From a virus: DNA of 13,007 bases. The stretch is taken from UHGV virus genome UHGV-0327156. One strand, written 5' to 3'. The position numbers and the translations under genes are program-made. Below the pieces are notes generated by a model, which saw nothing but the letters and a program-made list of their open reading frames with translations, was not told the origin of the DNA and searched no databases. Each line of letters begins with the position of its first letter. Positions within the stretch are counted from its first letter, which is position 1. This document shows positions 1-8,101 of the stretch, in pieces.

Positions 1-1
1 T

Positions 2-4
2 CAT
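2..4 (-). CDS. Start codon only of the next lysis gene (lysB-like) leaving the window
   Basis: ATG at 4..2 overlapping the lysA TGA stop (TGATG); by P2 gene order lysB follows lysA. Only the start codon is in the window. Confidence 0.2.
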
Positions 5-429
5 CAGCTTTGACATAATTCCCGCCCCTCAAGACGCTGACGACAGGCTTTACGTATCAGCCGGAAAAACAGCGACGCCACAAGATAAATCAGCGCGGTA
101 AAAATCCATCCGGCGGCGACCAGCGAGATAAATGTCGCCACCATCGCCACCAGAGCCACTGCCCGTCTGCACCACGGCACCGGCTGCAAAAACAGCGACG
201 TGACAATCTTCACGGCCAGCGATTCCGGTGGCAGCTCCCGCCCGTAGCGTTCCAGCACATACTCAGTGGCATACACGCCGACACCACCGGCAACCACACA
301 GATAACCGTCGCCAGAATCGCCCAGGCGGCGACAAAATTGACGGCCACGCTCTGCGGGTAAATCAGGGACAGTGCCAGCATCAGCGCCAGCGACACATTC
401 AGCATCAGTGAAAGGGATAATTTCTTCAT
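4..429 (-). CDS. lysA: LysA-like lysis accessory membrane protein (141 aa)
   Basis: ATG at 429..427 with GGAG about 12 nt upstream; 141 aa, strongly hydrophobic with several predicted TM stretches; follows K as in P2. Its TGA stop (6..4) overlaps an ATG at 4..2 that would start the next lysis gene (lysB), which runs off the window. Confidence 0.8.
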   Translation of the reverse strand: MKKLSLSLMLNVSLALMLALSLIYPQSVAVNFVAAWAILATVICVVAGGVGVYATEYVLERYGRELPPESLAVKIVTSLFLQPVPWCRRAVALVAMVATFISLVAAGWIFTALIYLVASLFFRLIRKACRQRLEGRELCQS

Positions 430-443
430 GGTGTTTACTCCGT

Positions 444-941
444 TTAAGCTGGTACACCGCCGGCGGTACGCCAGACGGTGACCAGTTTTTCCAGTGAATG
501 CTCACGCTGACCGTAACCGGCACCCGGCAGGGACGCCCAGATATTGCGACAGCGTGAAATGGCGCGCTCAATGCGTCCCGCCCGGATGTCATCCAGTGCA
601 CCGCGTTCGCGGATCAACTGAATGGCGAGCCTGTCCTGTGACAACGGACTGAAATCCGGCAGGGCAAGCTGTTTGCGGTAGTGCGGCCAGAACAGGTAAA
701 GCTGCTGATAGCGACCGGAGGCCGTGGACTTTTCACCGCGACGGTTAAACACCTTCGCCGGTCGGCCATGCGCGAACGGGTGGTCACTGTAGTCGGTGAA
801 AATTTCCGGCTTCCCGTCCAGTCCGGTGACTATCACGTCATAGCCCCGGTTTTTCGTCAGCGGATGATTCGCCGTCCCTTCGGACACGGCCAGCATGTCG
901 AGAAAGGCGGCGATATTCTGATGCGTGTTAATTACCGGCAT
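444..941 (-). CDS. K: Phage endolysin (lysozyme), gpK-like, 165 aa
   Basis: ATG at 941..939 overlaps the TAA stop of the upstream holin (TAATG). Length and sequence match my recall of P2 gpK. Confidence 0.85.
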   Translation of the reverse strand: MPVINTHQNIAAFLDMLAVSEGTANHPLTKNRGYDVIVTGLDGKPEIFTDYSDHPFAHGRPAKVFNRRGEKSTASGRYQQLYLFWPHYRKQLALPDFSPLSQDRLAIQLIRERGALDDIRAGRIERAISRCRNIWASLPGAGYGQREHSLEKLVTVWRTAGGVPA

Positions 942-1222
942 TACGGTTTCCCCCTGCCCTTAAAGCGGCGCTGAATGGCAATCTCAATCACCTGATAACC
1001 GGCGATACCCAGCATGGAGCCGATGCCGCACACCGCAGGCAGTGACAGGTCAGGAAACTGCACCAGAACAACACCGGCAACCATCGAGACAAAACCACCG
1101 AGCAACATGCGCCCGATAAACAGACGCGGGGTGATGGGTTCACCACCGGCAAGCACCTTGCCGACAACAATCAGCACCCCAATCATGAAAAGCGACAGGA
1201 CGCTTTTTTCTTCTGCTGTCAT
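941..1222 (-). CDS. Y: Holin, gpY-like, 93 aa
   Basis: Small protein with hydrophobic TM segments and a charged C-terminus (RRFKGRGKP), directly upstream of the endolysin; 93 aa as in P2 Y. Confidence 0.85.
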   Translation of the reverse strand: MTAEEKSVLSLFMIGVLIVVGKVLAGGEPITPRLFIGRMLLGGFVSMVAGVVLVQFPDLSLPAVCGIGSMLGIAGYQVIEIAIQRRFKGRGKP

Positions 1223-1225
1223 GCG

Positions 1226-1429
1226 TTACTCCCACAGATTGACAGTTTCAGCCACGGGCGCGGTCTGAACATCGGGCAGTTCGACGGCGGTGCCGTGTGG
1301 CAGCACCACACCCAGTTCAGCCAGTCCCGGATTTGCGGCGAGCACGGTCTCAACCACGCCCTCAGTGCGCCCGTAATACCGGACACAAATGGCGTCGAGC
1401 GTGTCGCCCTGTAGCGCAAAGGTCTTCAT
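1226..1429 (-). CDS. X: gpX-like small tail protein, 67 aa
   Basis: The ORF track gives 90 aa from an upstream start; the internal ATG at 1429..1427 overlaps the L stop (TGATG) and gives 67 aa (MKTFALQGDTLDAICVRYYGRTEGV...), the length I recall for P2 gpX. Confidence 0.8.
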   Translation of the reverse strand: MKTFALQGDTLDAICVRYYGRTEGVVETVLAANPGLAELGVVLPHGTAVELPDVQTAPVAETVNLWE

Positions 1430-1938
1430 CAGATTTGACTCACGATGCAGCGCGGCTTGTCCTGGATACGCGCCACCGCCCAGCGCATATCCCGCCACAG
1501 TTCATCGATGGTGCTGTCAATGCTGTCAGCCTTCTTGTCGCCTTTCGCACTGGCATCCACGCCGCGGTAACGCTCATAAAGCGACGCGGTCGCCATCGCA
1601 CACACGGCGCGCTCGTAGTAAAAAACCTTGATGCTTTCACCGTCGATGTCGTCCGCCGGGACGTCCGCCAGACGCGTAAAACCGGCGGCAATTTTCTGTT
1701 CGCGGTACTCGTACAGCTCCGCATTCGTCTCCGCCATGCCTGACTTGATGGCCTCACGCAGACGGGCGGGGGCGACGGTCTGCTCAAGGCGCATACGTTC
1801 CCGGACGCGCTTCGGGTCGATATCGGGAAAAAAGAACGTGTTTTTAATCACCGGCTCGTCGCCTGCCGGTTGCGGGATGACCACCGTACCCTCACCGGAC
1901 ACGGGAGCCTCCTTTCGCGGAATAATCAGCGTCATCAT
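1429..1938 (-). CDS. L: Capsid completion protein gpL-like, 169 aa
   Basis: ORF track gives 189 aa; the ATGATG at 1938..1933 is preceded by GAGG and gives 169 aa (MMTLIIPRKEAPVSGEG...), matching recalled P2 gpL. Confidence 0.85.
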   Translation of the reverse strand: MMTLIIPRKEAPVSGEGTVVIPQPAGDEPVIKNTFFFPDIDPKRVRERMRLEQTVAPARLREAIKSGMAETNAELYEYREQKIAAGFTRLADVPADDIDGESIKVFYYERAVCAMATASLYERYRGVDASAKGDKKADSIDSTIDELWRDMRWAVARIQDKPRCIVSQI

Positions 1939-2037
1939 GACTACCTCTGAAAAGTCGGGCGGTGGACGCCGGTGCAGTGTCAGGTGATTCACCCTCACTG
2001 ACCGGCGTGCCGCCCTGGCGCGGGGCGCATTCGGTTG

Positions 2038-2781
2038 TTAACTGGCTTTCTTTTTCGGGCGTCCACGTTTTGCCGGTGTCACGCTCCGGGTCTTACGCGG
2101 GGTACGGGTGGCCGCTTTTGGCTGCGGCTCCGGCTTCGGTTTCAGCTCCCGCTCCAGTCGTTCAATCTCTTTTTTGACGCCTGCCTGACAGTCGAGCTGT
2201 GTCGCACGTTGCAGGTGAGCCAGCGCACCGGCGGCATCTCCACCGTCACGCAGAAACAGACCGGTGATTTTGTGCAGCTTTGCGCGCACTTCATCAGGCA
2301 TGTCAGCAACGGCGGTCAGTTCAAGGGTCTCCGTCAGCAGGCGGGTATCCACAGACTCACCGGCAGCATGAGCGCGCATGGCCGCGAGCGCCACCTCCTC
2401 GGTGAACATGTACGGCGGGGTGCGGCGGTGTTTCCCCGGCATGGTCAGACCGTACTTCAGGGCATAACGGGCAATCTCCAGCGCACCGGCAATATCGCCG
2501 GTATCCAGACGCCACAGCATGACCGTCATCAGAATGTCATCCTGTGCACCTTTGCCCTGCTCCAGCACGCCGTTCACCCACGGCAACCAGAACGGCAGCA
2601 GTTCGCGCTTTTTCGCGGCCTTCAGCTCTTTTGAATAAATCGCTTTCAGTGTGCGCTGGTCTGCGGCCAGCTTGACCAGCATCTGCTCATAGACAGTTGC
2701 ATGTCGCAGCGGGGCGGCTTCCCGCTGCGCGGTCATCGCTGCCGAGACCCGCATCATGTGGCGCTGTGCGGGACTCGTCAT
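2038..2781 (-). CDS. M: Terminase endonuclease (small) subunit gpM-like, 247 aa
   Basis: 247 aa with a basic, Lys/Pro-rich C-terminal tail; position between N and L; length as recalled for P2 gpM. Confidence 0.85.
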   Translation of the reverse strand: MTSPAQRHMMRVSAAMTAQREAAPLRHATVYEQMLVKLAADQRTLKAIYSKELKAAKKRELLPFWLPWVNGVLEQGKGAQDDILMTVMLWRLDTGDIAGALEIARYALKYGLTMPGKHRRTPPYMFTEEVALAAMRAHAAGESVDTRLLTETLELTAVADMPDEVRAKLHKITGLFLRDGGDAAGALAHLQRATQLDCQAGVKKEIERLERELKPKPEPQPKAATRTPRKTRSVTPAKRGRPKKKAS

Positions 2782-2784
2782 CGG

Positions 2785-3858
2785 TTACGCTCCCGGCTCT
2801 GCGGTCGCTTTAGCCAGCGTGGAGAAATCACCGACCTTAATTTTTTCCACCAGACAACCGGCGGCGTAGTCTTCCACCACGTAATCAATGTTCATTGACT
2901 CGTAGTTCTCCACGCGGTCGAGTTTCGGGTTTTCCTCAATCACGCGGCGATGGCTGTCATCCATGTAGTAGATGGACAGGTTTTCCAGCTTCGTGATGAG
3001 CATCGCATCCGCCGGGAAGTACGGGACGCGTACCGCTGGCAGGTTACCGATGCGTTTCTGGCTGATGATGACGTCAGCGGCCAGCATTTCGCTGTTGTCC
3101 TGCTCCTTGTTGACGATGGGGAAATACTTGTCCGCCAGTAGCTGACGCCCCACAATCACCACAAGGTCAGGGTCTTCCTGATACCACGGCTCAATCAGGT
3201 TGTTGGTCGCATCCATCACCAGTGCGTCAAGGCTGGCATAATCACCGCCCTTACCCACGCGGATGACCTCAGAGGTCGTGTGCCCTTCCTCGTCAGTGAC
3301 CTTGCTCATCACGCGCGCCGGGGCTTCATTGCGGTATTTCTGCAGCCAGCCGACCGCCACATCCTGCAACATCGGATTGCTGCTGCGGTCAGAGGTTTCG
3401 GCACGCCTCACGCCGTTAAAACCGGCCATGATGAAATCAAGGGACTGGCGTTTGATAATGGCGTTACGGACACGGAGCTGGAAATCCTGATAACGCGCCC
3501 ACAGGTCAAGCGTTTTGTAGCGGATATAAAAATCGAAGTTAATCTGGTCGCATTCGTACTTGTTTGACGCCAGCTTCGAGAAGTCCTTCGGCTGACGCTC
3601 GGTGCCACCGGCGGTGTCGCTGGTGCTGGCGATGGAGCCGGTGACACCAATACCAATTTTTTCCCCTTTCATTTCGCTGACCGGCACAATGTTGATGCGG
3701 GTCAGAAAGTCAGAGGACTCCTGCATGGTGTTCATCAGGGTCTGGGTGACCGACGGTTCAACGGTGAATTTTTTCGACACATCACCGGCGTCGATGCCGT
3801 TCAGTTCGGCAACACGGGACAGGTAGGCATTAAATTTAAAGCGGGTTTCCTGGCGCAT
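2785..3858 (-). CDS. N: Major capsid protein precursor gpN-like, 357 aa
   Basis: ATG at 3858..3856 with AGGA upstream; 357 aa; sequence recognised as P2 gpN (MRQETRFKFNAYLSRVAELNGIDAGDV...). Confidence 0.9.
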   Translation of the reverse strand: MRQETRFKFNAYLSRVAELNGIDAGDVSKKFTVEPSVTQTLMNTMQESSDFLTRINIVPVSEMKGEKIGIGVTGSIASTSDTAGGTERQPKDFSKLASNKYECDQINFDFYIRYKTLDLWARYQDFQLRVRNAIIKRQSLDFIMAGFNGVRRAETSDRSSNPMLQDVAVGWLQKYRNEAPARVMSKVTDEEGHTTSEVIRVGKGGDYASLDALVMDATNNLIEPWYQEDPDLVVIVGRQLLADKYFPIVNKEQDNSEMLAADVIISQKRIGNLPAVRVPYFPADAMLITKLENLSIYYMDDSHRRVIEENPKLDRVENYESMNIDYVVEDYAAGCLVEKIKVGDFSTLAKATAEPGA

Positions 3859-3915
3859 AGTTTTTCCTGAAATTAAGGGTTAATCGTGAAGGTTTTCCCG
3901 GATGACTGATGCCGG

Positions 3916-4770
3916 TCAGCAGTTCGTCATCAGGGCGTCACCGCCACCACCGGTGGCCTTGCTGCGGCGCTGCTGGGTCAGACTTTCGGTGTGGTCGAGA
4001 CTGTTTTTCAGGCGGGTGAATGCCTGGCTGGTTTCATCCGCCCTGTCAGTCACCTCCTGCTTAAGAGCGGAAAAGGCGGTTTCCATCTCAGCGAGGCGCT
4101 GCTCAGTGGCGCTCAGTTTTTCCTGCACATGTTCAGCAACAGCGGTCACCGCTTCATGCACATCATTCAGACGGGCGTCATCGCTGGCCTGTTTGCGGCC
4201 AAAAATGGATTTCACCTTTTCGGTCAGGGCGGTGAACACGGTTTCAGGCAGGTCTTCAAATTCCAGCTCAACAGGCGTTGCCACTGAAATCAGGTTTTCA
4301 GGGCTTAATTTAAAGCGGTTCAGGGGGTTGTGTTTTGCCGTGCGGCAGAATTCCAGGTATTCCGTGCCGAGGCTTGCCGGGTCATCGGTGACGGCCAGCC
4401 CCACCAGATAACACTTGCCGGTGTTGGCAAAGTTCGGCTGAATTTCCATTGAGGTATAGACCTTCTGCGCGGCCTTGTTCATCGCGATAAGGTCATCGGT
4501 CGGGGTGATTTTCGCAAACAGCGCCCATTTGCCTTTCAGCGCCGAATCGTCGTCAATCTTTTCGGCCTTCAGTTCGGCCACATCGCCATAACGTTTAAAA
4601 ATACCGTCAGGCAGGATGCCGCGCAGATGTTCCAGGTTAATGCGGCAACCATAGACACGCGGGTCAAAGGTTTCGGCCATTTCCTGAATATCCTGCGCAC
4701 TGATGACACGCCCGTCACAGGTGTCACCCTCAACGCCGATACGAAAGAATTTTGAGACTTTTTTTGCCAT
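3916..4770 (-). CDS. O: Capsid scaffolding protein gpO-like, 284 aa
   Basis: ORF track extends to 4836 (306 aa); the internal ATG at 4770..4768 gives 284 aa starting MAKKVSKFFRIGVEGDTCDGRVI..., matching recalled P2 gpO; coiled-coil-like C-terminal region. Confidence 0.85.
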   Translation of the reverse strand: MAKKVSKFFRIGVEGDTCDGRVISAQDIQEMAETFDPRVYGCRINLEHLRGILPDGIFKRYGDVAELKAEKIDDDSALKGKWALFAKITPTDDLIAMNKAAQKVYTSMEIQPNFANTGKCYLVGLAVTDDPASLGTEYLEFCRTAKHNPLNRFKLSPENLISVATPVELEFEDLPETVFTALTEKVKSIFGRKQASDDARLNDVHEAVTAVAEHVQEKLSATEQRLAEMETAFSALKQEVTDRADETSQAFTRLKNSLDHTESLTQQRRSKATGGGGDALMTNC

Positions 4771-4943
4771 TGTCAGGAGTCCTGAATAGTGATTAGAGGA
4801 GTCACATGTCGGCATCAGTTTCCCGACGATGCGCATCCTCCGCCATCAGTCCCGGATGGCTTATCACTGACACAACAGCACCTTAGCGAATCGCGGGGCG
4901 CGACTCAGTAGCCTTGCCGTGTATTCATCACGGCGAGGTATTC
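4771..4943. promoter_or_regulatory. Divergent late promoter region between O (leftward) and P (rightward), with repeated dyad elements
   Basis: 173-bp intergenic between divergent late operons. Contains GTCGG-N10-CCGAC (4808..4827) and CCATC-N7-GATGG (4843..4859), which share a CATCAGT core 31 bp apart, plus a 6-bp perfect inverted repeat GCCGTG-N7-CACGGC (4917..4935) just upstream of the P RBS. Position of the P2 late promoters is established; exact promoter elements were not resolved. Confidence 0.55.
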
Positions 4944-6716
4944 ATGACCATCACCACAGACACCACTCTTTTACACGACCCGCGTCGTCAGGCGGCGCTG
5001 CTGTACTGGCAGGGATTTTCCGTGCCGCAGATTGCCGCCATGTTGCAGATGAAACGCCCGACGGTGCAGAGCTGGAAACAGCGCGACGGCTGGGACAGCG
5101 TTGCCCCCATCAGCCGTGTCGAAATGAGTCTGGAAGCGCGGCTGACCCAGCTCATCATCAAACCGCAGAAAACCGGCGGTGACTTCAAGGAAATTGACCT
5201 GCTCGGACGCCAGATTGAACGGCTGGCACGGGTCAACCGTTACAGCCAGACCGGCAACGAGGCAGACCTTAATCCGAACGTCGCTAACCGCAACAAAGGC
5301 GGGCGTCGCAAACCGAAAAAGAATTTTTTCAGTGACGAGGCCATCGAAAAGCTGGAGCAGATTTTCTTTGAGCAGTCTTTCGAGTATCAGTTGCACTGGT
5401 ATCGCGCCGGGCTTGAGCACCGCATCCGCGATATCCTGAAATCCCGCCAGATTGGCGCGACGTTTTATTTTTCCCGCGAGGCGCTGCTGCGCGCCCTGAA
5501 AACCGGTCATAACCAGATTTTTCTGTCGGCCAGTAAAACGCAGGCGTATGTGTTCCGCGAATACATCATCGCCTTTGCCCGGCTGGTTGACGTTGACCTG
5601 ACCGGTGACCCGATTGTCCTGGGCAATAACGGCGCAAAACTGATTTTTCTCGGCACCAACTCCAACACCGCGCAGAGCCATAACGGCGACCTGTACGTCG
5701 ATGAGATTTTCTGGATCCCGAATTTTCAGGTACTGCGTAAGGTGGCATCAGGTATGGCCTCACAGAGTCACCTGCGATCGACCTATTTCTCCACTCCGTC
5801 CACGCTGGCGCACGACGCCTACCCGTTCTGGTCGGGTGAACTGTTCAACCGGGGACGCGCCAGCGCCGCCGAACGCGTGGAAATCGACGTCAGTCATAAC
5901 GCCCTTGCCGATGGGCTTCTCTGTGCAGACGGCCAGTGGCGGCAGATTGTCACCATTGAGGACGCCCTGAAAGGTGGCTGCACGCTGTTCGACATTGAGC
6001 AGCTCAAACGCGAAAACAGCGCCGACGATTTTAAAAACCTGTTCATGTGTGAATTTGTTGACGACAAGGCGTCGGTGTTCCCGTTCGAGGAGTTGCAACG
6101 CTGCATGGTCGACACGCTGGAAGAATGGGAAGACTATGCACCCTTTGCCGCCAATCCGTTCGGCTCCCGCCCGGTATGGATTGGTTACGACCCGTCACAC
6201 CGTGGCGACAGCGCCGGATGCGTGGTGCTGGCACCGCCGGTGGTGGCCGGTGGCAAATTCAGAATACTTGAGCGTCACCAGTGGAAAGGCATGGACTTTG
6301 CCACTCAGGCTGAATCCATCCGCAAACTCACCGAAAAATATAACGTCGAATACATCGGTATTGATGCCACCGGCCTCGGTGTCGGCGTGTTCCAGCTCGT
6401 GCGCTCGTTCTATCCCGCCGCGCGCGACATCCGCTACACGCCGGAAATGAAAACCGCAATGGTGCTCAAGGCAAAAGACGTCATCCGCCGTGGCTGTCTG
6501 GAATATGACGTCAGCGCCACCGACATCACCAGCTCGTTTATGGCTATCCGCAAGACCATGACCAGCAGCGGACGCAGTGCCACCTATGAGGCCAGCCGCA
6601 GCGAGGAAGCCAGCCACGCCGACCTCGCCTGGGCGACCATGCACGCCCTGTTAAATGAGCCACTCACCGCCGGTATCAGCACCCCGCTGACATCCACCAT
6701 TCTGGAGTTTTACTGA
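4944..6716 (+). CDS. P: Terminase large (ATPase) subunit gpP-like, 590 aa
   Basis: ORF track starts at 4914 (non-ATG); the ATG at 4944 is preceded by GAGG with 5-nt spacing and gives 590 aa (MTITTDTTLLHDPRRQAALLYWQGF...). Its TGA stop overlaps the Q start (TGATG). Confidence 0.9.
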   Translation: MTITTDTTLLHDPRRQAALLYWQGFSVPQIAAMLQMKRPTVQSWKQRDGWDSVAPISRVEMSLEARLTQLIIKPQKTGGDFKEIDLLGRQIERLARVNRYSQTGNEADLNPNVANRNKGGRRKPKKNFFSDEAIEKLEQIFFEQSFEYQLHWYRAGLEHRIRDILKSRQIGATFYFSREALLRALKTGHNQIFLSASKTQAYVFREYIIAFARLVDVDLTGDPIVLGNNGAKLIFLGTNSNTAQSHNGDLYVDEIFWIPNFQVLRKVASGMASQSHLRSTYFSTPSTLAHDAYPFWSGELFNRGRASAAERVEIDVSHNALADGLLCADGQWRQIVTIEDALKGGCTLFDIEQLKRENSADDFKNLFMCEFVDDKASVFPFEELQRCMVDTLEEWEDYAPFAANPFGSRPVWIGYDPSHRGDSAGCVVLAPPVVAGGKFRILERHQWKGMDFATQAESIRKLTEKYNVEYIGIDATGLGVGVFQLVRSFYPAARDIRYTPEMKTAMVLKAKDVIRRGCLEYDVSATDITSSFMAIRKTMTSSGRSATYEASRSEEASHADLAWATMHALLNEPLTAGISTPLTSTILEFY

Positions 6717-7750
6717 TGAGCAAGAAAAAAGGGAAAACACCGCAACCTGCGGCAAAAAAAATGACCGCCAGCGCCCCGAAAATGGAGGCATTCACCTTTG
6801 GTGAGCCGGTGCCGGTACTCGACCGCCGTGACATTCTGGATTACGTCGAGTGCATCAGTAACGGCAGATGGTATGAGCCACCGGTCAGCTTTACCGGTCT
6901 GGCAAAAAGCCTGCGTGCTGCCGTACATCACAGCTCACCGATTTACGTTAAACGCAATATTCTGGCCTCGACATTTATCCCGCATCCGTGGCTTTCGCAA
7001 CAGGATTTCAGCCGCTTTGTGCTGGATTTTCTGGTGTTCGGTAATGCGTTTCTGGAAAAGCGTTACAGCACCACCTGTAAGGTCATCAGACTGGAAACCT
7101 CACCGGCCAAATATACCCGTCGTGGCGTGGAGGAGGATGTTTACTGGTGGGTGCCGTCCTTCAACGAGCCGACAGCCTTCGCGCCCGGCTCCGTGTTTCA
7201 CCTGCTGGAGCCGGATATTAATCAGGAGCTGTACGGCCTGCCGGAATATCTCAGCGCCCTTAACTCTGCCTGGCTGAATGAGTCAGCCACGCTGTTCCGC
7301 CGCAAGTATTACGAAAACGGCGCTCATGCCGGATACATCATGTACGTCACCGATGCCGTGCAGGACCGCAACGATATCGAAATGCTTCGCGAAAACATGG
7401 TGAAGTCAAAAGGCCGCAACAACTTTAAAAATCTGTTTCTCTATGCCCCGCAGGGGAAAGCTGACGGCATTAAAATTATCCCGCTCAGTGAAGTGGCAAC
7501 GAAGGACGATTTTTTTAATATCAAAAAAGCCAGCGCCGCTGACCTGCTGGACGCGCACCGCATCCCCTTTCAGTTGATGGGCGGCAAGCCGGAGAACGTC
7601 GGGTCGCTGGGTGATATTGAGAAAGTGGCAAAGGTCTTTGTCCGCAATGAGCTTATCCCGTTACAGGACAGGATTCGGGAAATAAACGGCTGGCTCGGTC
7701 AGGAGGTCATCCGCTTTAAAAACTACTCACTGGACACAGACAACGGCTGA
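6716..7750 (+). CDS. Q: Portal protein gpQ-like, 344 aa
   Basis: ATG at 6716 overlapping the P stop; 344 aa as recalled for P2 gpQ; last late gene before cos. Confidence 0.9.
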   Translation: MSKKKGKTPQPAAKKMTASAPKMEAFTFGEPVPVLDRRDILDYVECISNGRWYEPPVSFTGLAKSLRAAVHHSSPIYVKRNILASTFIPHPWLSQQDFSRFVLDFLVFGNAFLEKRYSTTCKVIRLETSPAKYTRRGVEEDVYWWVPSFNEPTAFAPGSVFHLLEPDINQELYGLPEYLSALNSAWLNESATLFRRKYYENGAHAGYIMYVTDAVQDRNDIEMLRENMVKSKGRNNFKNLFLYAPQGKADGIKIIPLSEVATKDDFFNIKKASAADLLDAHRIPFQLMGGKPENVGSLGDIEKVAKVFVRNELIPLQDRIREINGWLGQEVIRFKNYSLDTDNG

Positions 7751-7755
7751 ACATC

Positions 7756-7777
7756 GCCGCCTGCGGGCGGCTTTTTT
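7756..7777 (+). terminator. Rho-independent terminator after Q
   Basis: GCCGCC-TGCG-GGCGGC stem-loop followed by TTTTTT, starting 6 nt after the Q stop. Confidence 0.75.
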
Positions 7778-7919
7778 ACACCCCGCCATCACGCCCTCAC
7801 ACGCTCATCACCGCACAAAAAATCCCGCAGACACACCAACGCCTCAACGGGCAGACTAAGCGCCGTCACGACGCGCTCAGACGCTGAAAAAATAAAATCA
7901 GCACCACCGCCAGCGCGCA

Positions 7920-7938
7920 GTGCTTTCCCCGCCTCGCC
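7920..7938. other. cos site (19-nt cohesive end, P2-type)
   Basis: Plus strand reads GTGCTTTCCCCGCCTCGCC, the reverse complement of GGCGAGGCGGGGAAAGCAC, which I recall as the P2 cohesive-end sequence; it lies next to the portal gene as in P2. Confidence 0.8.
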
Positions 7939-8039
7939 CGCCCGCTTCATGGAGCGCTTTTAATGCAGTTGCAATAACACATCAAAACATCGTCAATACA
8001 GGCGATTATAAACAATAAAAAACGATCGCTGCCGCATGC

Positions 8040-8061
8040 AAAATCATGCACTAAATGCATG
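8040..8061 (-). terminator. Putative terminator of the cargo gene
   Basis: CATGCA(8045..8050)/TGCATG(8056..8061) stem with a 5-nt loop, followed on the minus strand by AUUUUG; about 40 nt downstream of the 8102 stop. Short stem, so moderate confidence. Confidence 0.4.
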
Positions 8062-8101
8062 TATTGAAGGGAAATTAGGAACGTGCTCGTTTGGGTCTAA
8101 A

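Noticed and set aside
2035-2634. 199-aa plus-strand ORF, and similar long ORFs at 1297..1743, 1628..1987, 4971..5681, 5974..6450, 6195..6644, 6798..7277, 10435..10773 and 11956..12288
   Set aside because: All lie antisense to, or out of frame within, well-supported GC-rich phage genes (M, L, P, Q, A). They have biased, Arg/Pro-rich compositions typical of shadow ORFs and no RBS-start coupling.
4771-4943. Exact TGT-N12-ACA late-promoter activator consensus
   Set aside because: I searched the intergenic region and found only near-matches (for example GTG-N12-ACA at 4789..4806, too close to the O start). I therefore report the dyads actually present and do not assert the canonical site.
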